64,000 nt of DNA from Candidatus Daviesbacteria bacterium RIFCSPLOWO2_01_FULL_39_23 (GCA_001776935.1 MFDN01000001.1:293449-357448), one strand, 5' to 3'; counted from the first letter of the stretch, positions 48,686 through 58,941 are shown. Program-made: numbers and translations. The notes: generated by a model from the sequence alone, not told the origin.

Positions 48686-48895
48686 CTATTTAACTGCAAT
48701 AGATATTAATTTTTCGTGATATTCCGGCTTTATTGTAGTATCCACTCCATATAAAACTATTTCTGTAATATCAAATGTCCAACTTACTTTTTTAAGTCTG
48801 GAAGTTAATTCTGCCTTGGAAGCTTTAAATACAATTTGAGCCTCCGGATCTCCTACCCAACAGAAGTATATCAAAATTTGCTTCTGTAAATACAT
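48686..48895 (-). CDS. Small hypothetical protein
   Basis: 69-aa ORF overlapping the nuclease gene end. Coding status uncertain. Confidence 0.2.
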   Translation of the reverse strand: MYLQKQILIYFCWVGDPEAQIVFKASKAELTSRLKKVSWTFDITEIVLYGVDTTIKPEYHEKLISIAVK

Positions 48896-49524
48896 AAACT
48901 ACAAGTTTTTGAAACTGCAGGCAAATCTCCGTTTAACAAAGTTGAAATTTCGCGGATTAAGTTATGGAAGCTTTCCGTATCTTCTTCTACCGGATGATAT
49001 TTTGGAGTGGTAGTAAAAATTACTTTTCCATCTACTAATTTCATTTCATCAGGGTTAATACTTACAATACCCATTTTTGAAACTTTAATCGGTTTTCCGC
49101 TGCTTGGGTTTTCCAGCGCAAATTTATATGCGTGTAGTTGACTTATATATTTGGATATTTTTTCGCTGTCCGGAGTGGTTATTTTAAAATCTATTATTGC
49201 AAAAGTGCCATCATCAAGCTTACTTAAAATATCAAACCTGCCGCTAAGATAGCAGTTTGTACCGTCAATAGTTATTGATTTCATATAGCCTTCCTGAATT
49301 TCTATAATTCCGCTTGGCAAGTCCGGGTGAATATCGGATAAATTCATTCCCATGATTGAATCCTGCAATAATTTATTAATCCGGCCAAACATGGAGGGGA
49401 ATATACCGGAGTGGAAGACACCCAGTTTTACTTTTTGGTAATAGCAATGTTTACAGTCATTCCAAAGGTAAGCAAAATCCGAAGGACTCAGTTTATATAA
49501 TTTATCATCTTTAGATTGCGGCAC
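48871..49524 (-). CDS. Cas4/RecB-like PD-(D/E)XK nuclease with Fe-S cysteine cluster (stand-alone, no CRISPR nearby)
   Basis: N-terminal 'CKHC'. 'GRFDIL'/'AIIDFK' core. 'QLHAY' (QxxxY motif of RecB-family nucleases). C-terminal 'CSLC'. Confidence 0.5.
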   Translation of the reverse strand: MPQSKDDKLYKLSPSDFAYLWNDCKHCYYQKVKLGVFHSGIFPSMFGRINKLLQDSIMGMNLSDIHPDLPSGIIEIQEGYMKSITIDGTNCYLSGRFDILSKLDDGTFAIIDFKITTPDSEKISKYISQLHAYKFALENPSSGKPIKVSKMGIVSINPDEMKLVDGKVIFTTTPKYHPVEEDTESFHNLIREISTLLNGDLPAVSKTCSLCIYRSKF

Positions 49525-49636
49525 ATATTCAGACTATGATAAAAATTAATCTGAAGTCAAGAGTAATTTTTATACAAAAGTTTTTGCGTCTTTGGTACCT
49601 TACACACAACGGTGTTGGTTTAAACGTAGAATTTTC

Positions 49637-50026
49637 TTATTTGGGTTTTAATTCTAAATCTTCTTTTTGAAGATCGAACTTCACAACGAACTTATCAAAA
49701 AATCCTTTTTGTCCAACAATTCCATAAGCTGAACTTCTCATAGACATAAATCCAGCTTCTGTTTTATATTCCAAGCCTCCTACCTTTATCAGAATTTCAT
49801 GGAGATAGTAGAATTCCGGAAAACCAGTTAATCCCGAAACTTGTTGGCGTTCTCCTTTGAGTATATCTATTCCTAAAATCTCGGCTATGTGTGCGTCAAA
49901 AATACAAAGATCTGCTCCTGAATCCACTAAAACTTCATATGGTACTTCTACACTATTTTTAATAATTTCAATTGGAATCACAGGACGAAGCACTCTAGGG
50001 CCGTATTTTTTATACCTAAATTTCAT
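49637..50026 (-). CDS. Retropepsin-like (clan AA) aspartic protease
   Basis: 'VLVDSGADLCIFD' D(S/T)GA active-site motif in a 129-aa protein. Confidence 0.55.
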   Translation of the reverse strand: MKFRYKKYGPRVLRPVIPIEIIKNSVEVPYEVLVDSGADLCIFDAHIAEILGIDILKGERQQVSGLTGFPEFYYLHEILIKVGGLEYKTEAGFMSMRSSAYGIVGQKGFFDKFVVKFDLQKEDLELKPK

Positions 50027-50226
50027 TGATGAGAGCCAACGTATGAGGTAAGTTTGGAAGGGAATTTAGTTAAAATTGGTTTATTATAACCCAATTTTCG
50101 TGCCTTATCCCACACTGATTTAGCAGTTCTACCGCTTGCTAAAACAGTCTTTTCATCATTTTTTAAAGCCACCCAGAGGCCTTTATATTTTTTATAGATT
50201 TGCGTCCAATCTATTGCCATAAACAA
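50023..50226 (-). CDS. Small partner protein of the aspartic protease (DUF5678-like)
   Basis: 67 aa. 4-nt overlap with the protease gene. Such small proteins recurrently precede stand-alone retropepsin-like genes (recalled, not verified). Confidence 0.3.
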   Translation of the reverse strand: MFMAIDWTQIYKKYKGLWVALKNDEKTVLASGRTAKSVWDKARKLGYNKPILTKFPSKLTSYVGSHQ

Positions 50227-50623
50227 ATAATATCATAGTTTTGTAAGTTTTCTGCAAGTAATTTTATCTTCCATTTCTCCTTCTTACCCCTCATAGTTTC
50301 GTATTGTGGAGGCATGGATTTATCCAGGATGCAGTCAAAAAATTTCCGAAATCCCCAAGTGTCCTCTCTGATCCACTCCCCAGGTGGGATGGGATTGTGT
50401 TTTTTGACGCTTTTTCAGTCAATGCCAACACGAATATGCCAACAAGAATGATAAGAACAAGCAAAAAAGAATTGCAAAATGCAGGTTCCACAATTGCAAT
50501 TTCAGATCCTTTGATATGACTATGAAACAGTCGGCCGAGTTTGTCCTATACCATCAGGTGCGGGATTATAAATATTACGCAAAAATTTTCAAAAAGCTTT
50601 CCAAAAAATTTATTTGTCTTAGG

Positions 50624-51193
50624 CTATAACAAATTTAATCCTTCTAGCTTCAAATCATTAATGATCTCTCTATAATTAGGGATTGTTCTGCTAACTAGAT
50701 TCCAAAATTTTGATGAATGATTGAATTCTTTCAAATGACATAATTCGTGAACAATAATGTAATCTTGCAATTCAGTAGGAAGTAAAGCAATTTTAAAGTT
50801 GAAGTTAAGGTTCTTTTTCTTTGAACAGCTTCCCCAACGTGTTCTCTGATTTTTAATAGCAAGCTTATTAAATTTGTACCTATATATCTTATTAAAGTGT
50901 TCGATTCGTACGCTAGTAATCTGTAATGCTATTTCTTTATGCTGAATATAAGCTTTGGATGTTAGTTTGAAAGTTTTAGATAAAGACGCATTTTTAAAGA
51001 AATCTAGTTTTGATAATACCCACTTTGATTTCCCAATAATGTATTTCTCTGCTGTAGTCTCATTTAGCCCTTTAGGCAGCGTAACTACAAAATTACCATC
51101 GCAATAGACAGCTAATCTCATCCGTTTTGCTTTTCTACTTCGACGGATTAAGTAAGTTACGATTCGATTATGCAAGGTAATCTTTCGTTTCAT
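50624..51193 (-). CDS. YgjP-like/DUF45 (M48-related, WLM-like) zinc metallopeptidase
   Basis: 'YIIVHELCHLKEFNHSSKFW' matches the YgjP HExxH...NHS..FW signature. Start overlaps the hsdR stop. Confidence 0.75.
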   Translation of the reverse strand: MKRKITLHNRIVTYLIRRSRKAKRMRLAVYCDGNFVVTLPKGLNETTAEKYIIGKSKWVLSKLDFFKNASLSKTFKLTSKAYIQHKEIALQITSVRIEHFNKIYRYKFNKLAIKNQRTRWGSCSKKKNLNFNFKIALLPTELQDYIIVHELCHLKEFNHSSKFWNLVSRTIPNYREIINDLKLEGLNLL

Positions 51194-54129
51194 TAGAATT
51201 TTTTGATCACAATATCAACAAGTCTATTTAAGAATTTTGGGAAATCCTCAACTTGTATTCTATCCTTATACTCTTTGAGAAGGAGTTCTTGGACAATTTG
51301 CTTTACACCTTTGAGAAATTCCTCACGTTTTGATGAATTTTGCCAGCCCTCGTCAAGAATAGACTGCAATCTTTTTGAAAGGTCTTTTGACAAAGTTAGC
51401 AGGAGTGGTTGATCTGTTTTTGGTAAAAACTCTTGAGAAATCACAAATAATCCATACTCTCTCAAATTAAGTCCTAAGTCTTTTGCTTCATCTGCCTTGC
51501 TCTTGATATCATTCATTAAATCAAAGTAACGTTTGATTCTTTCGGAAAGATCAATTTGGTGCTGTTCAAACTCCTTGCGAATGGCAGTTAATCTTTCGCT
51601 AAACTTTTGAAAAATAGGATTAGTATCAATATTAATAGAAATTTCCTGCTTAAGCATTTTTTCAAGATTTAACGCTTTTTCTTCATCGTCCATTTTGTCT
51701 AATCGTTCAAGAGTATAAATATCGTTGATTTTTAACTCTCTAAAATTTTTAGTAATTCCTTCGTAGTCAATTTGTTCTTGAATCAATTTCTTAACTTTCT
51801 CCCCATATTGTCCAAAGGTTGGTATATCGCCAGTGCGGAAGGCTTCCATTGCAATATTTTCTGCACGGAAATCATTAAGGAAGGCAATATAAACACTGGT
51901 AATCCATTCAAACGCTCGAATGTAGTCCGCGAGGAATGGATCTGGTGACAAAACCTCAAATAATAATTTTAATCGACTATACTTATCAGTAAAATAACGT
52001 TGTTTTCCTTCGTTATCAATAAAGATCTTAAGGCAAGTCCTCAAGTTTTCGATAGATGGATCTTCTTGATTAATGCCAATAAAAATATCTTTAATTTCGG
52101 TTAATATTTCTAGGAATTCCTTTTTTAGGTGATCAAGGTCTATAAGTGCTGAGTCAATTATGCTTTCATCAAAATTTAAGGCTTCATAGAGGTTTCTAGT
52201 AATACCATAATAATCAATAATTTTTCCACATCCCTTGTTCGGGTAAACCCTGTTCGTACGAGCTATGGCTTGCAGCAAATTATGATCTCTCAAAGGCTTG
52301 TCAAGATACATTGCTTGTTCAATCTGAGCATCAAAACCTGTTAGGAGCATGTCGCATACCAATAGTAATCTCAAAGGACTTCTGTGGTCTTTGAACTTAT
52401 CAATAATCTTTTCTCTTTGAGCTTTGCTAGTATTATATTTTTTTAGATTATCAGCATCAGTGTTAGGATCACCAGATGAATAAATAACTTCTGTCCAATC
52501 AGCAGGGATTAACTCGTCAAAAAGCTCCTTGAATCTGGCTGTGGCTTCCCGATCATAACAAACAACCTGGGCTTTAAAGCCATTCGGCTCAATGTAAAGC
52601 CTGTAATGATCAACAATATCTTGAGCAACAGCCCTCATTCGTTTATCCAGCTTTATTAGCGCCTCTTTCTTACCATATCTACGCATAACTAGTTGCTTTT
52701 GTTCAGGAGAAAGATCAGTTGTCATCTCATCAAATTGCTGATCAATTTTTTCTTCATCAATAAAGAATTTCGAAAGACGAGCTTCATATGTTACAGGTAA
52801 TGTTGCACCATCATCAATTGCTTGTTGAATCGAATAGTAATCAAGATATCTTTCGCCTTCTTGGCCAAAGTTTCGGTGAGTATTTAAGGTTGTTTTATCA
52901 ATTGGTGTGCCTGTAAATCCAAAGAAAAAGGCTCTTTGCATTGAATCTCGCAATTTTATCCCAGCCACACCTTCGTTTGATCGATGAGCTTCATCTGAAA
53001 GGATAATGACGTTTTCATTAGGATTCTCAAGGTGTAGCGGAAGCTCGTTGAACTTCTCGATAGTTGAAATAAAGATTCCTCTTTCATCATTGGTGATTTT
53101 TTTCTCAAGGTCTCGACAAGAAGTAACCCTGATTACGTTTTTACCGCCCGCATTGACGAATGTATCATGAATCTGATCATCAAGATCAATACGATCAACA
53201 AGGACAAACACCTTTGGATTCCTGAGCGTCTTATCAAATCTAAGTTTCCATGCTGTAAAGAACATTGTTAAAGATTTTCCAGATCCTTGTGTATGCCAGA
53301 TTAAGCCTTTTCTCTTTTCTCGATCCTGTACTCGTTCAACAATTTTATTGGTTGCACGAAGCTGTTGATAGCGGGCGATCTTTTTGACTCGACCATCTTT
53401 TGTCTGCTCAAAGACAATAAAGTTTTTGACTATGTCTAACAATCTTTTTTTCTCAAGTAAGGATGTCAGGGTCATTTCAAGCTGTCCGTCAAGTTTTTTT
53501 TCAAGTTTTTCATCTTTCCACTGCAAGAAATACTGCTCTGGAGCATAAGTGGTTGCATAAACAGTTTTTAAGCCATCTGTCGCAACATTAAAGCAGTTCG
53601 GCCAATACAGCTTCATTGCAACTCGTTCATAACGTTTTATTTGGCCAATTGCATTTTCGTAACTAACGCTTGTTGATGCGGTAGGGCTTTTTGCTTCTAT
53701 ATCAGCAATGGGGACACCATTAAGAAAGATCAAAATATCAGGGCGTATATTTTCCAGATTGCCTTCAAAGTAGAATTGATTTGTGACTATAAAGTGATTA
53801 TTTTCAGGATTGTCGTAATCAACAATCATATAGTCACGCATTTTGCCTGTTTCTGAATCCTTTAGATTTATGCCATTACGGAGCATATTCAAAAAACCTT
53901 CGTTTGTATCAATTTTCTTTATTTCTCGGATAACACTTTGTACTTCTGTATCATCTGTAATGTTATTGATTCGCTTTATAGCTTCCGCAAGATGAGAATT
54001 GATCAGATATTCATTTTCTAATTCTCTCAAAAGCGCAAATTTTTCAGGAGTAATGTACTCATAGCCCAGATTTTGGGATAAGAATTTGATGATATGTTTT
54101 TCAACTGTATATTGTTCGTTAAATTTCAT
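51193..54129 (-). CDS. hsdR: Type I restriction enzyme R subunit (HsdR)
   Basis: 978 aa. Walker A 'TQGSGKSLTMF', DEAH box 'ILSDEAHRS', helicase motif VI region. N-terminal nuclease-like region. Confidence 0.9.
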   Translation of the reverse strand: MKFNEQYTVEKHIIKFLSQNLGYEYITPEKFALLRELENEYLINSHLAEAIKRINNITDDTEVQSVIREIKKIDTNEGFLNMLRNGINLKDSETGKMRDYMIVDYDNPENNHFIVTNQFYFEGNLENIRPDILIFLNGVPIADIEAKSPTASTSVSYENAIGQIKRYERVAMKLYWPNCFNVATDGLKTVYATTYAPEQYFLQWKDEKLEKKLDGQLEMTLTSLLEKKRLLDIVKNFIVFEQTKDGRVKKIARYQQLRATNKIVERVQDREKRKGLIWHTQGSGKSLTMFFTAWKLRFDKTLRNPKVFVLVDRIDLDDQIHDTFVNAGGKNVIRVTSCRDLEKKITNDERGIFISTIEKFNELPLHLENPNENVIILSDEAHRSNEGVAGIKLRDSMQRAFFFGFTGTPIDKTTLNTHRNFGQEGERYLDYYSIQQAIDDGATLPVTYEARLSKFFIDEEKIDQQFDEMTTDLSPEQKQLVMRRYGKKEALIKLDKRMRAVAQDIVDHYRLYIEPNGFKAQVVCYDREATARFKELFDELIPADWTEVIYSSGDPNTDADNLKKYNTSKAQREKIIDKFKDHRSPLRLLLVCDMLLTGFDAQIEQAMYLDKPLRDHNLLQAIARTNRVYPNKGCGKIIDYYGITRNLYEALNFDESIIDSALIDLDHLKKEFLEILTEIKDIFIGINQEDPSIENLRTCLKIFIDNEGKQRYFTDKYSRLKLLFEVLSPDPFLADYIRAFEWITSVYIAFLNDFRAENIAMEAFRTGDIPTFGQYGEKVKKLIQEQIDYEGITKNFRELKINDIYTLERLDKMDDEEKALNLEKMLKQEISINIDTNPIFQKFSERLTAIRKEFEQHQIDLSERIKRYFDLMNDIKSKADEAKDLGLNLREYGLFVISQEFLPKTDQPLLLTLSKDLSKRLQSILDEGWQNSSKREEFLKGVKQIVQELLLKEYKDRIQVEDFPKFLNRLVDIVIKKF

Positions 54130-54776
54130 ATAGTTTTAAGAAAATCAAAGTCCTTTTCTGAAATATATTTATTTGTTCTCTTGAATAACAGTTCTGTCTT
54201 TGTTAATGGTTTAGACTGGATTTTGATTGAAGCTTCGAATGTTTTTTTATACTTAGTAATAATATCGTTTGCAAAATCATCTATTGAGTTAACTACATCA
54301 TAATAAAACGTATTCGCGTCTAACATCAACACGTTATCAATAAATACTAGATGATTTCCAGCCTGTACTTCTTGCGGATTATTTTGATTTCCGATTGTAA
54401 ATTGTAGACCGATTACTTTCTTTTTGTAACTAAAGCATTTTGGTTCATGCTGATGGAGCAAACCATGCCGATACACAAAAACCATAAAAGCTGCAACTTC
54501 TTTATAACGTGATCTTTTAATACCCATGACTTCTGATAAATAGGTCTTAATATTTAATCCAGTTGAGTGAGGATTTCCAGTTATATAAGAACCCAACCCA
54601 TCAATCTCAGGAAAAAGCATTCTAGGAATGGCATAAAAACCAGCTCCACCGGTTTGATCGATTTGACTAGACCAACCTTCAAAAGCTCCGCCCACATCAT
54701 TTATAATTGATTGTTTAATGCGGTTAATTAAATAACTTTTAATTTGATCGTCTGTGTATTTATTTTTAAGTTTCAT
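54126..54776 (-). CDS. Hypothetical protein embedded in the Type I R-M operon; possible HEPN-like Rx4H motif
   Basis: 216 aa, soluble. 'VFVYRHGLLHQHEP' fits Rx4-6H. 4-nt overlap with the hsdR start. Confidence 0.35.
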   Translation of the reverse strand: MKLKNKYTDDQIKSYLINRIKQSIINDVGGAFEGWSSQIDQTGGAGFYAIPRMLFPEIDGLGSYITGNPHSTGLNIKTYLSEVMGIKRSRYKEVAAFMVFVYRHGLLHQHEPKCFSYKKKVIGLQFTIGNQNNPQEVQAGNHLVFIDNVLMLDANTFYYDVVNSIDDFANDIITKYKKTFEASIKIQSKPLTKTELLFKRTNKYISEKDFDFLKTI

Positions 54777-54783
54777 AGTTAAA

Positions 54784-55413
54784 TTACTTTAATGGACAAA
54801 TTAGAAATGATGATAGTAAAAGTAAAATTCCAACTACAGATAAAATAAGAATCACTCTATGGGGAGGTATTTCATCCTTCTGTTCTTTTTTTCTTCCAAT
54901 GAATTCAAGGATTTTATTGTTCTTTTCTGAAATAGCCAACATATTAGATTTTTTTAATGTTTGACTGTTCATGTAATCTTTACTTATTTCCAAGTAGACC
55001 TTGTCTCGATCTTTATACAACTCAGAAACTGTATTTGATGATTTTTGTATTGCTGAAAGATTGGATTCGTAAAAGCGTTTTAACCACCATAAACCGACAA
55101 GGATTGACGATACCAACATTGCCTCTCCAGTTAGAAAGATGTAAAGGTTTTTTACTCTGTCTATCGCTGTAAACCCAAAACCTGCAAAAATGCCAACAAT
55201 TGAAAGCATCTGGTAAGTAAAGCCAATAAAGCGATATAACAAATCTATTTCATTCTTTCCGTACTCTGCCATCGCTTCACCCTCCGTCTTCAAACCCTTT
55301 GAAAAGACTCCCTCGTAAAGCTCTCTATAATCCTGCTCTGATAGTTTTATTGTGTCGTTATTCATATCAGTTAATTTGTACTTTCTGACTAAAAATATCT
55401 TGCATAAGTCCAT
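54784..55413 (-). CDS. Hypothetical membrane protein embedded in the Type I R-M operon
   Basis: 209 aa. Two central and one C-terminal hydrophobic helices ('IVGIFAGFGFTAI', 'LVSSILVGLWWL', 'VILILSVVGILLLLSSFLI'). Start overlaps the hsdS end. Confidence 0.4.
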   Translation of the reverse strand: MDLCKIFLVRKYKLTDMNNDTIKLSEQDYRELYEGVFSKGLKTEGEAMAEYGKNEIDLLYRFIGFTYQMLSIVGIFAGFGFTAIDRVKNLYIFLTGEAMLVSSILVGLWWLKRFYESNLSAIQKSSNTVSELYKDRDKVYLEISKDYMNSQTLKKSNMLAISEKNNKILEFIGRKKEQKDEIPPHRVILILSVVGILLLLSSFLICPLK

Positions 55414-56548
55414 TTTTTAGGTCTTTTAAAATAGCTATTTGTTTAATTTCCGAGTAATGCTTCAAGTCTAACGTTTTTAATTGACATACGATCTTTAACT
55501 GTTCGTCTTGTGGAAGAATTGGAATTAACAAATTCTTCAAACTTCCAATCGGGAGTTGTGGTTGCGCTGAACCAGACCCAAGTTGGATATAACGTTCCTT
55601 AAAGAGCGGACTCTTTAACAGGTAGTACAGGAACTCTGGAGCAATTGATTTTCCTGCACGAAATATCAACATCCCAGAGTTAATGCGAATATGGTCATAA
55701 ATTATTGAATCGTCATAAATTGCAACATTTCCTACTGTTCCTCTAGTTGTAAGTATCACATCCCATCTGTTTAACTTTCCTTTCCGCAATTGCTTGTCTT
55801 TTTCCTGAGAAATAAAGATAGGCTCACTAAAGTCAAAAGAGTCATTGCGGATATTTCTATTACTTAAAAATAAACAAAATCCTTCTGAGTAAAATTCATG
55901 CTGTTTTGGATAATTTACACCACGATCACCATCTATTATTTCAATATCAGATTCCAACATAGAGCTAACGCTCCATTCTTCAGGAATATCTCCGATTTTT
56001 GTTTTCTTAAACTTTTTATGTCCAATTCCTTTTGTAAGTAACTCTCGCATCAATCCTTGCTTCAAACTTTCAGTTTTCTGGATAATCTGATCAGTCTTTT
56101 GGATTGCTTCATCAATAGAAGATAAGATTTCAACAATTTTTTTCTGACCTTCGTATCTAGGTAGACTAAGTGGAAAATTTTGCAACATATAAAGTCGTAA
56201 AGACTTCACTGTTGAACCAACAGCCATTTTTAAAAAGTATCTTTTATTGTAATCTATCCAATAATAAAGGAATTTTATACTTATCTGATTTTTTTTCTTC
56301 GAGAAAATAGCGTATGCACGTTGATGTAAATCAAACTTACCAAAATAGTATTGAGGGATAAATTCCTTACCCTCACCTGGAATAATGATGGCTTCTGTAT
56401 CAAACAAGTATTTATTACTGTGCTTTATTTCTGTTGAGCGATCAAATAAAGGATAGGCTCCATCTACTACAGCGTCATCCGTATTCGTTTTGCCATTAGT
56501 AACTTCAAAAGAATCACCAATTTTCTGCTGAATCCACTTATTTGTCAT
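55367..56548 (-). CDS. hsdS: Type I restriction-modification specificity subunit (HsdS), two target-recognition domains
   Basis: 393 aa with an internal repeat architecture and conserved central/C-terminal coiled-coil spacers. Overlaps the hsdM stop. Confidence 0.8.
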   Translation of the reverse strand: MTNKWIQQKIGDSFEVTNGKTNTDDAVVDGAYPLFDRSTEIKHSNKYLFDTEAIIIPGEGKEFIPQYYFGKFDLHQRAYAIFSKKKNQISIKFLYYWIDYNKRYFLKMAVGSTVKSLRLYMLQNFPLSLPRYEGQKKIVEILSSIDEAIQKTDQIIQKTESLKQGLMRELLTKGIGHKKFKKTKIGDIPEEWSVSSMLESDIEIIDGDRGVNYPKQHEFYSEGFCLFLSNRNIRNDSFDFSEPIFISQEKDKQLRKGKLNRWDVILTTRGTVGNVAIYDDSIIYDHIRINSGMLIFRAGKSIAPEFLYYLLKSPLFKERYIQLGSGSAQPQLPIGSLKNLLIPILPQDEQLKIVCQLKTLDLKHYSEIKQIAILKDLKNGLMQDIFSQKVQIN

Positions 56549-58220
56549 ATCCCAGCTCCTTCATAAATCCTGAAACTTTAGACATAGATGTGTCCCGCTC
56601 TCTTTCTATACCTTGAAGCTCGTTCCAGATATTTTTGACATCAATTTCCTTCTGCTCATCACTTGAATCAATATATCTTTTCACGCTTAGATTGTAATCA
56701 TTTTTCTCAATTTCTTTTACATCTACCACACGGGCATATTTTTCGATATCCTGGTATTGGTCATAAGCCTTAATAATTTTGTCTATGTCCTGTTTTCTGA
56801 GGGTGTTTTGGTTTTTACCTTCAAGAAAATCACGCTCGGCATCAATTATCAAAACTTTACCTTTTTTATTTTCTAGCTTATTTCTATTAAAAATAAGAAT
56901 AGCTGCTGGAATACCAGTTCCGTAGAAAAGTTTTGGAGGAAGTCCAACGACTGCTTCCAGAAGATCATTTTTAATAATCTGTTCTCGAATTCTGCCCTCA
57001 CTCCCACTTCTAAATAGCACACCATGAGGCAACACAATGCCAGCACGACCATTTACATTTAATGACTTGAGTATGTGAAGTACGAAAGCATAGTCGGCAT
57101 TTTTTTGTGGAGGCTGGTCATAACCTGCGGTACGGCCATATTTGTCGTTTTTAAATAGTTCAAACTCCCAGTCCTTAATTGAGTAGGGTGGATTCGCCAC
57201 TACGATGTCAAAAGTTTGCAAATTGCCTATGTTGTTCAAAAACTGTGGATTGGCTAATGTATCACCGCGCCGTATATCCGCACTATCTAAACCATGTAAA
57301 AACATATTGATCTTGGCAATGGCAAAAGTGCTGATGTTAATTTCCTGCCCATAAAAATATAATGTTCGCGCAACGTGCTCGCTCGATTTATCTTTAAGAT
57401 AGTTATATGCCTCAAGGAGAAAACCACCCGATCCCACTGCAGGATCATATACATGGTCTTTTTGATGAGGTTTAACAATCCCGATGATGATTCGTTCAAC
57501 TTCTCGTGGGGTATAAAATTCCCCGCCCTTTTTTCCAGCATCTGCGGCAAATTGCTTTATTAAATATTCATAAGCATCACCTAAAAGATCAGAGCTAATG
57601 TAATTACTGCCAAAATTATATTGCGAGAAATGGTTTATCAATCTTTGTATGGTTTCATTAGGGAACCGGTCTTTATTAGCAAAATCCAGATCATCAAAAA
57701 TCTTGTCTAATTTGGGGCTATTTACGTTAGTTATTTTGTCAAAAATATCATTAAGTCTTTGACCAATATTCTCCGAGGTCTCAGAAATGACGGACCATTT
57801 ACAATCTTTGGGCACTTGGAATCTGTGGTTATAATCAGCCTCCGCAAGAGTTTTGTCTTTATATTCATCAATGACTTTTTTGTATTCCTCATCCCAAACA
57901 TCGCTTATTCTCTTGTAAAAAAGTAGGCCAAAGATATATTTTTTATAGTCCGAACTGTCAATTTTACCTCGTAAAATATCTGCACTTTTCCATAAAAATT
58001 GCTCAAGTTGAGCCAAGGTAAGCTTGCTTCCCATTTCATCAGCTAAAATTTGAATATCTTCTCTTCGATATTTACGATCTTGTCTTGGCCCAACTCTCAA
58101 AGGAGTCAACTTTCCGGCTTTTTCCCAGTTTCGGAGGGTATCACGATGAATTTGAAATAACTTGGATACCTCACCAATGGTCAGAAGATCGGTAGATGTA
58201 ATAAATTGGTTTATTTTCAT
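56538..58220 (-). CDS. hsdM: Type I R-M N6-adenine DNA methyltransferase (HsdM)
   Basis: N-terminal HsdM_N helical domain. Motif I 'DPAVGSGGFL'. Motif IV 'VVANPPYS'. Confidence 0.9.
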   Translation of the reverse strand: MKINQFITSTDLLTIGEVSKLFQIHRDTLRNWEKAGKLTPLRVGPRQDRKYRREDIQILADEMGSKLTLAQLEQFLWKSADILRGKIDSSDYKKYIFGLLFYKRISDVWDEEYKKVIDEYKDKTLAEADYNHRFQVPKDCKWSVISETSENIGQRLNDIFDKITNVNSPKLDKIFDDLDFANKDRFPNETIQRLINHFSQYNFGSNYISSDLLGDAYEYLIKQFAADAGKKGGEFYTPREVERIIIGIVKPHQKDHVYDPAVGSGGFLLEAYNYLKDKSSEHVARTLYFYGQEINISTFAIAKINMFLHGLDSADIRRGDTLANPQFLNNIGNLQTFDIVVANPPYSIKDWEFELFKNDKYGRTAGYDQPPQKNADYAFVLHILKSLNVNGRAGIVLPHGVLFRSGSEGRIREQIIKNDLLEAVVGLPPKLFYGTGIPAAILIFNRNKLENKKGKVLIIDAERDFLEGKNQNTLRKQDIDKIIKAYDQYQDIEKYARVVDVKEIEKNDYNLSVKRYIDSSDEQKEIDVKNIWNELQGIERERDTSMSKVSGFMKELGYDK

Positions 58221-58221
58221 T

Positions 58222-58941
58222 TTAAAAATGGAACTGTGTACTAAGCCAGGTTAATAACGCAATCGTTGGTGTGGCAACTGCGGTAATGTCGGCAAGAAAA
58301 GCAATATTATCTTTAGCTTTTTGAAGTATGCCGGTGTCAGGCTGCTGTTTTGCTAGTTGGCTTTTAATTGTCTCAAGGTCACTTTGAATTGAGATTTTTT
58401 GCTCGTCGGGTAACTCACCAAGGGCATTTACTCGACGCCGGAGATCCTCTGCAAGCTTATGTCCTTCCACAAACTGGGCGTTTGCAATATTTGCAATTGT
58501 ATTTTGATTTCCAATAATAATGTTATTGCCATCTCCTGTTATATCACCTATGCCTGCGAAGACGTTACTCTTGTCAAATTTTGATCCATGTTCAAAGTAT
58601 GCAAGACCCTCTTTAGTAAGGCAATATTTATATGAGGGCTTAGAATTACCAAATTTATTATTTGCAAAATAATTTTCTATTGCCTCTTCTTTTACAAATT
58701 CATTTTCTATAAGAAACCGTGTATTTGAGAATACTTCGTTTTCCTTTATTTTTGGTAAATCTTTTTTAACTTCTTGAGTGAGGTCTCTGATACCAACAAG
58801 TAATGACTTTTTTCCCCGTGCTTTGTTATGGATGCGGTAAAGTGCTTCAAGAATTTTTTCTCGGATATAATCTGAATCCATATTTGTGTGTTGGCAGTAA
58901 GAATATACTAATGGCATCAATTTGTCAAGTTTTTCTTTCAT
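58222..58941 (-). CDS. Hypothetical protein, first gene of the hsdM operon
   Basis: 239 aa. Stop is 2 nt before the hsdM start. Gly/Asn-rich 'GDITGDGNNIIIGNQNTIANIANAQ' and a C-terminal hydrophobic helix. Confidence 0.4.
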   Translation of the reverse strand: MKEKLDKLMPLVYSYCQHTNMDSDYIREKILEALYRIHNKARGKKSLLVGIRDLTQEVKKDLPKIKENEVFSNTRFLIENEFVKEEAIENYFANNKFGNSKPSYKYCLTKEGLAYFEHGSKFDKSNVFAGIGDITGDGNNIIIGNQNTIANIANAQFVEGHKLAEDLRRRVNALGELPDEQKISIQSDLETIKSQLAKQQPDTGILQKAKDNIAFLADITAVATPTIALLTWLSTQFHF

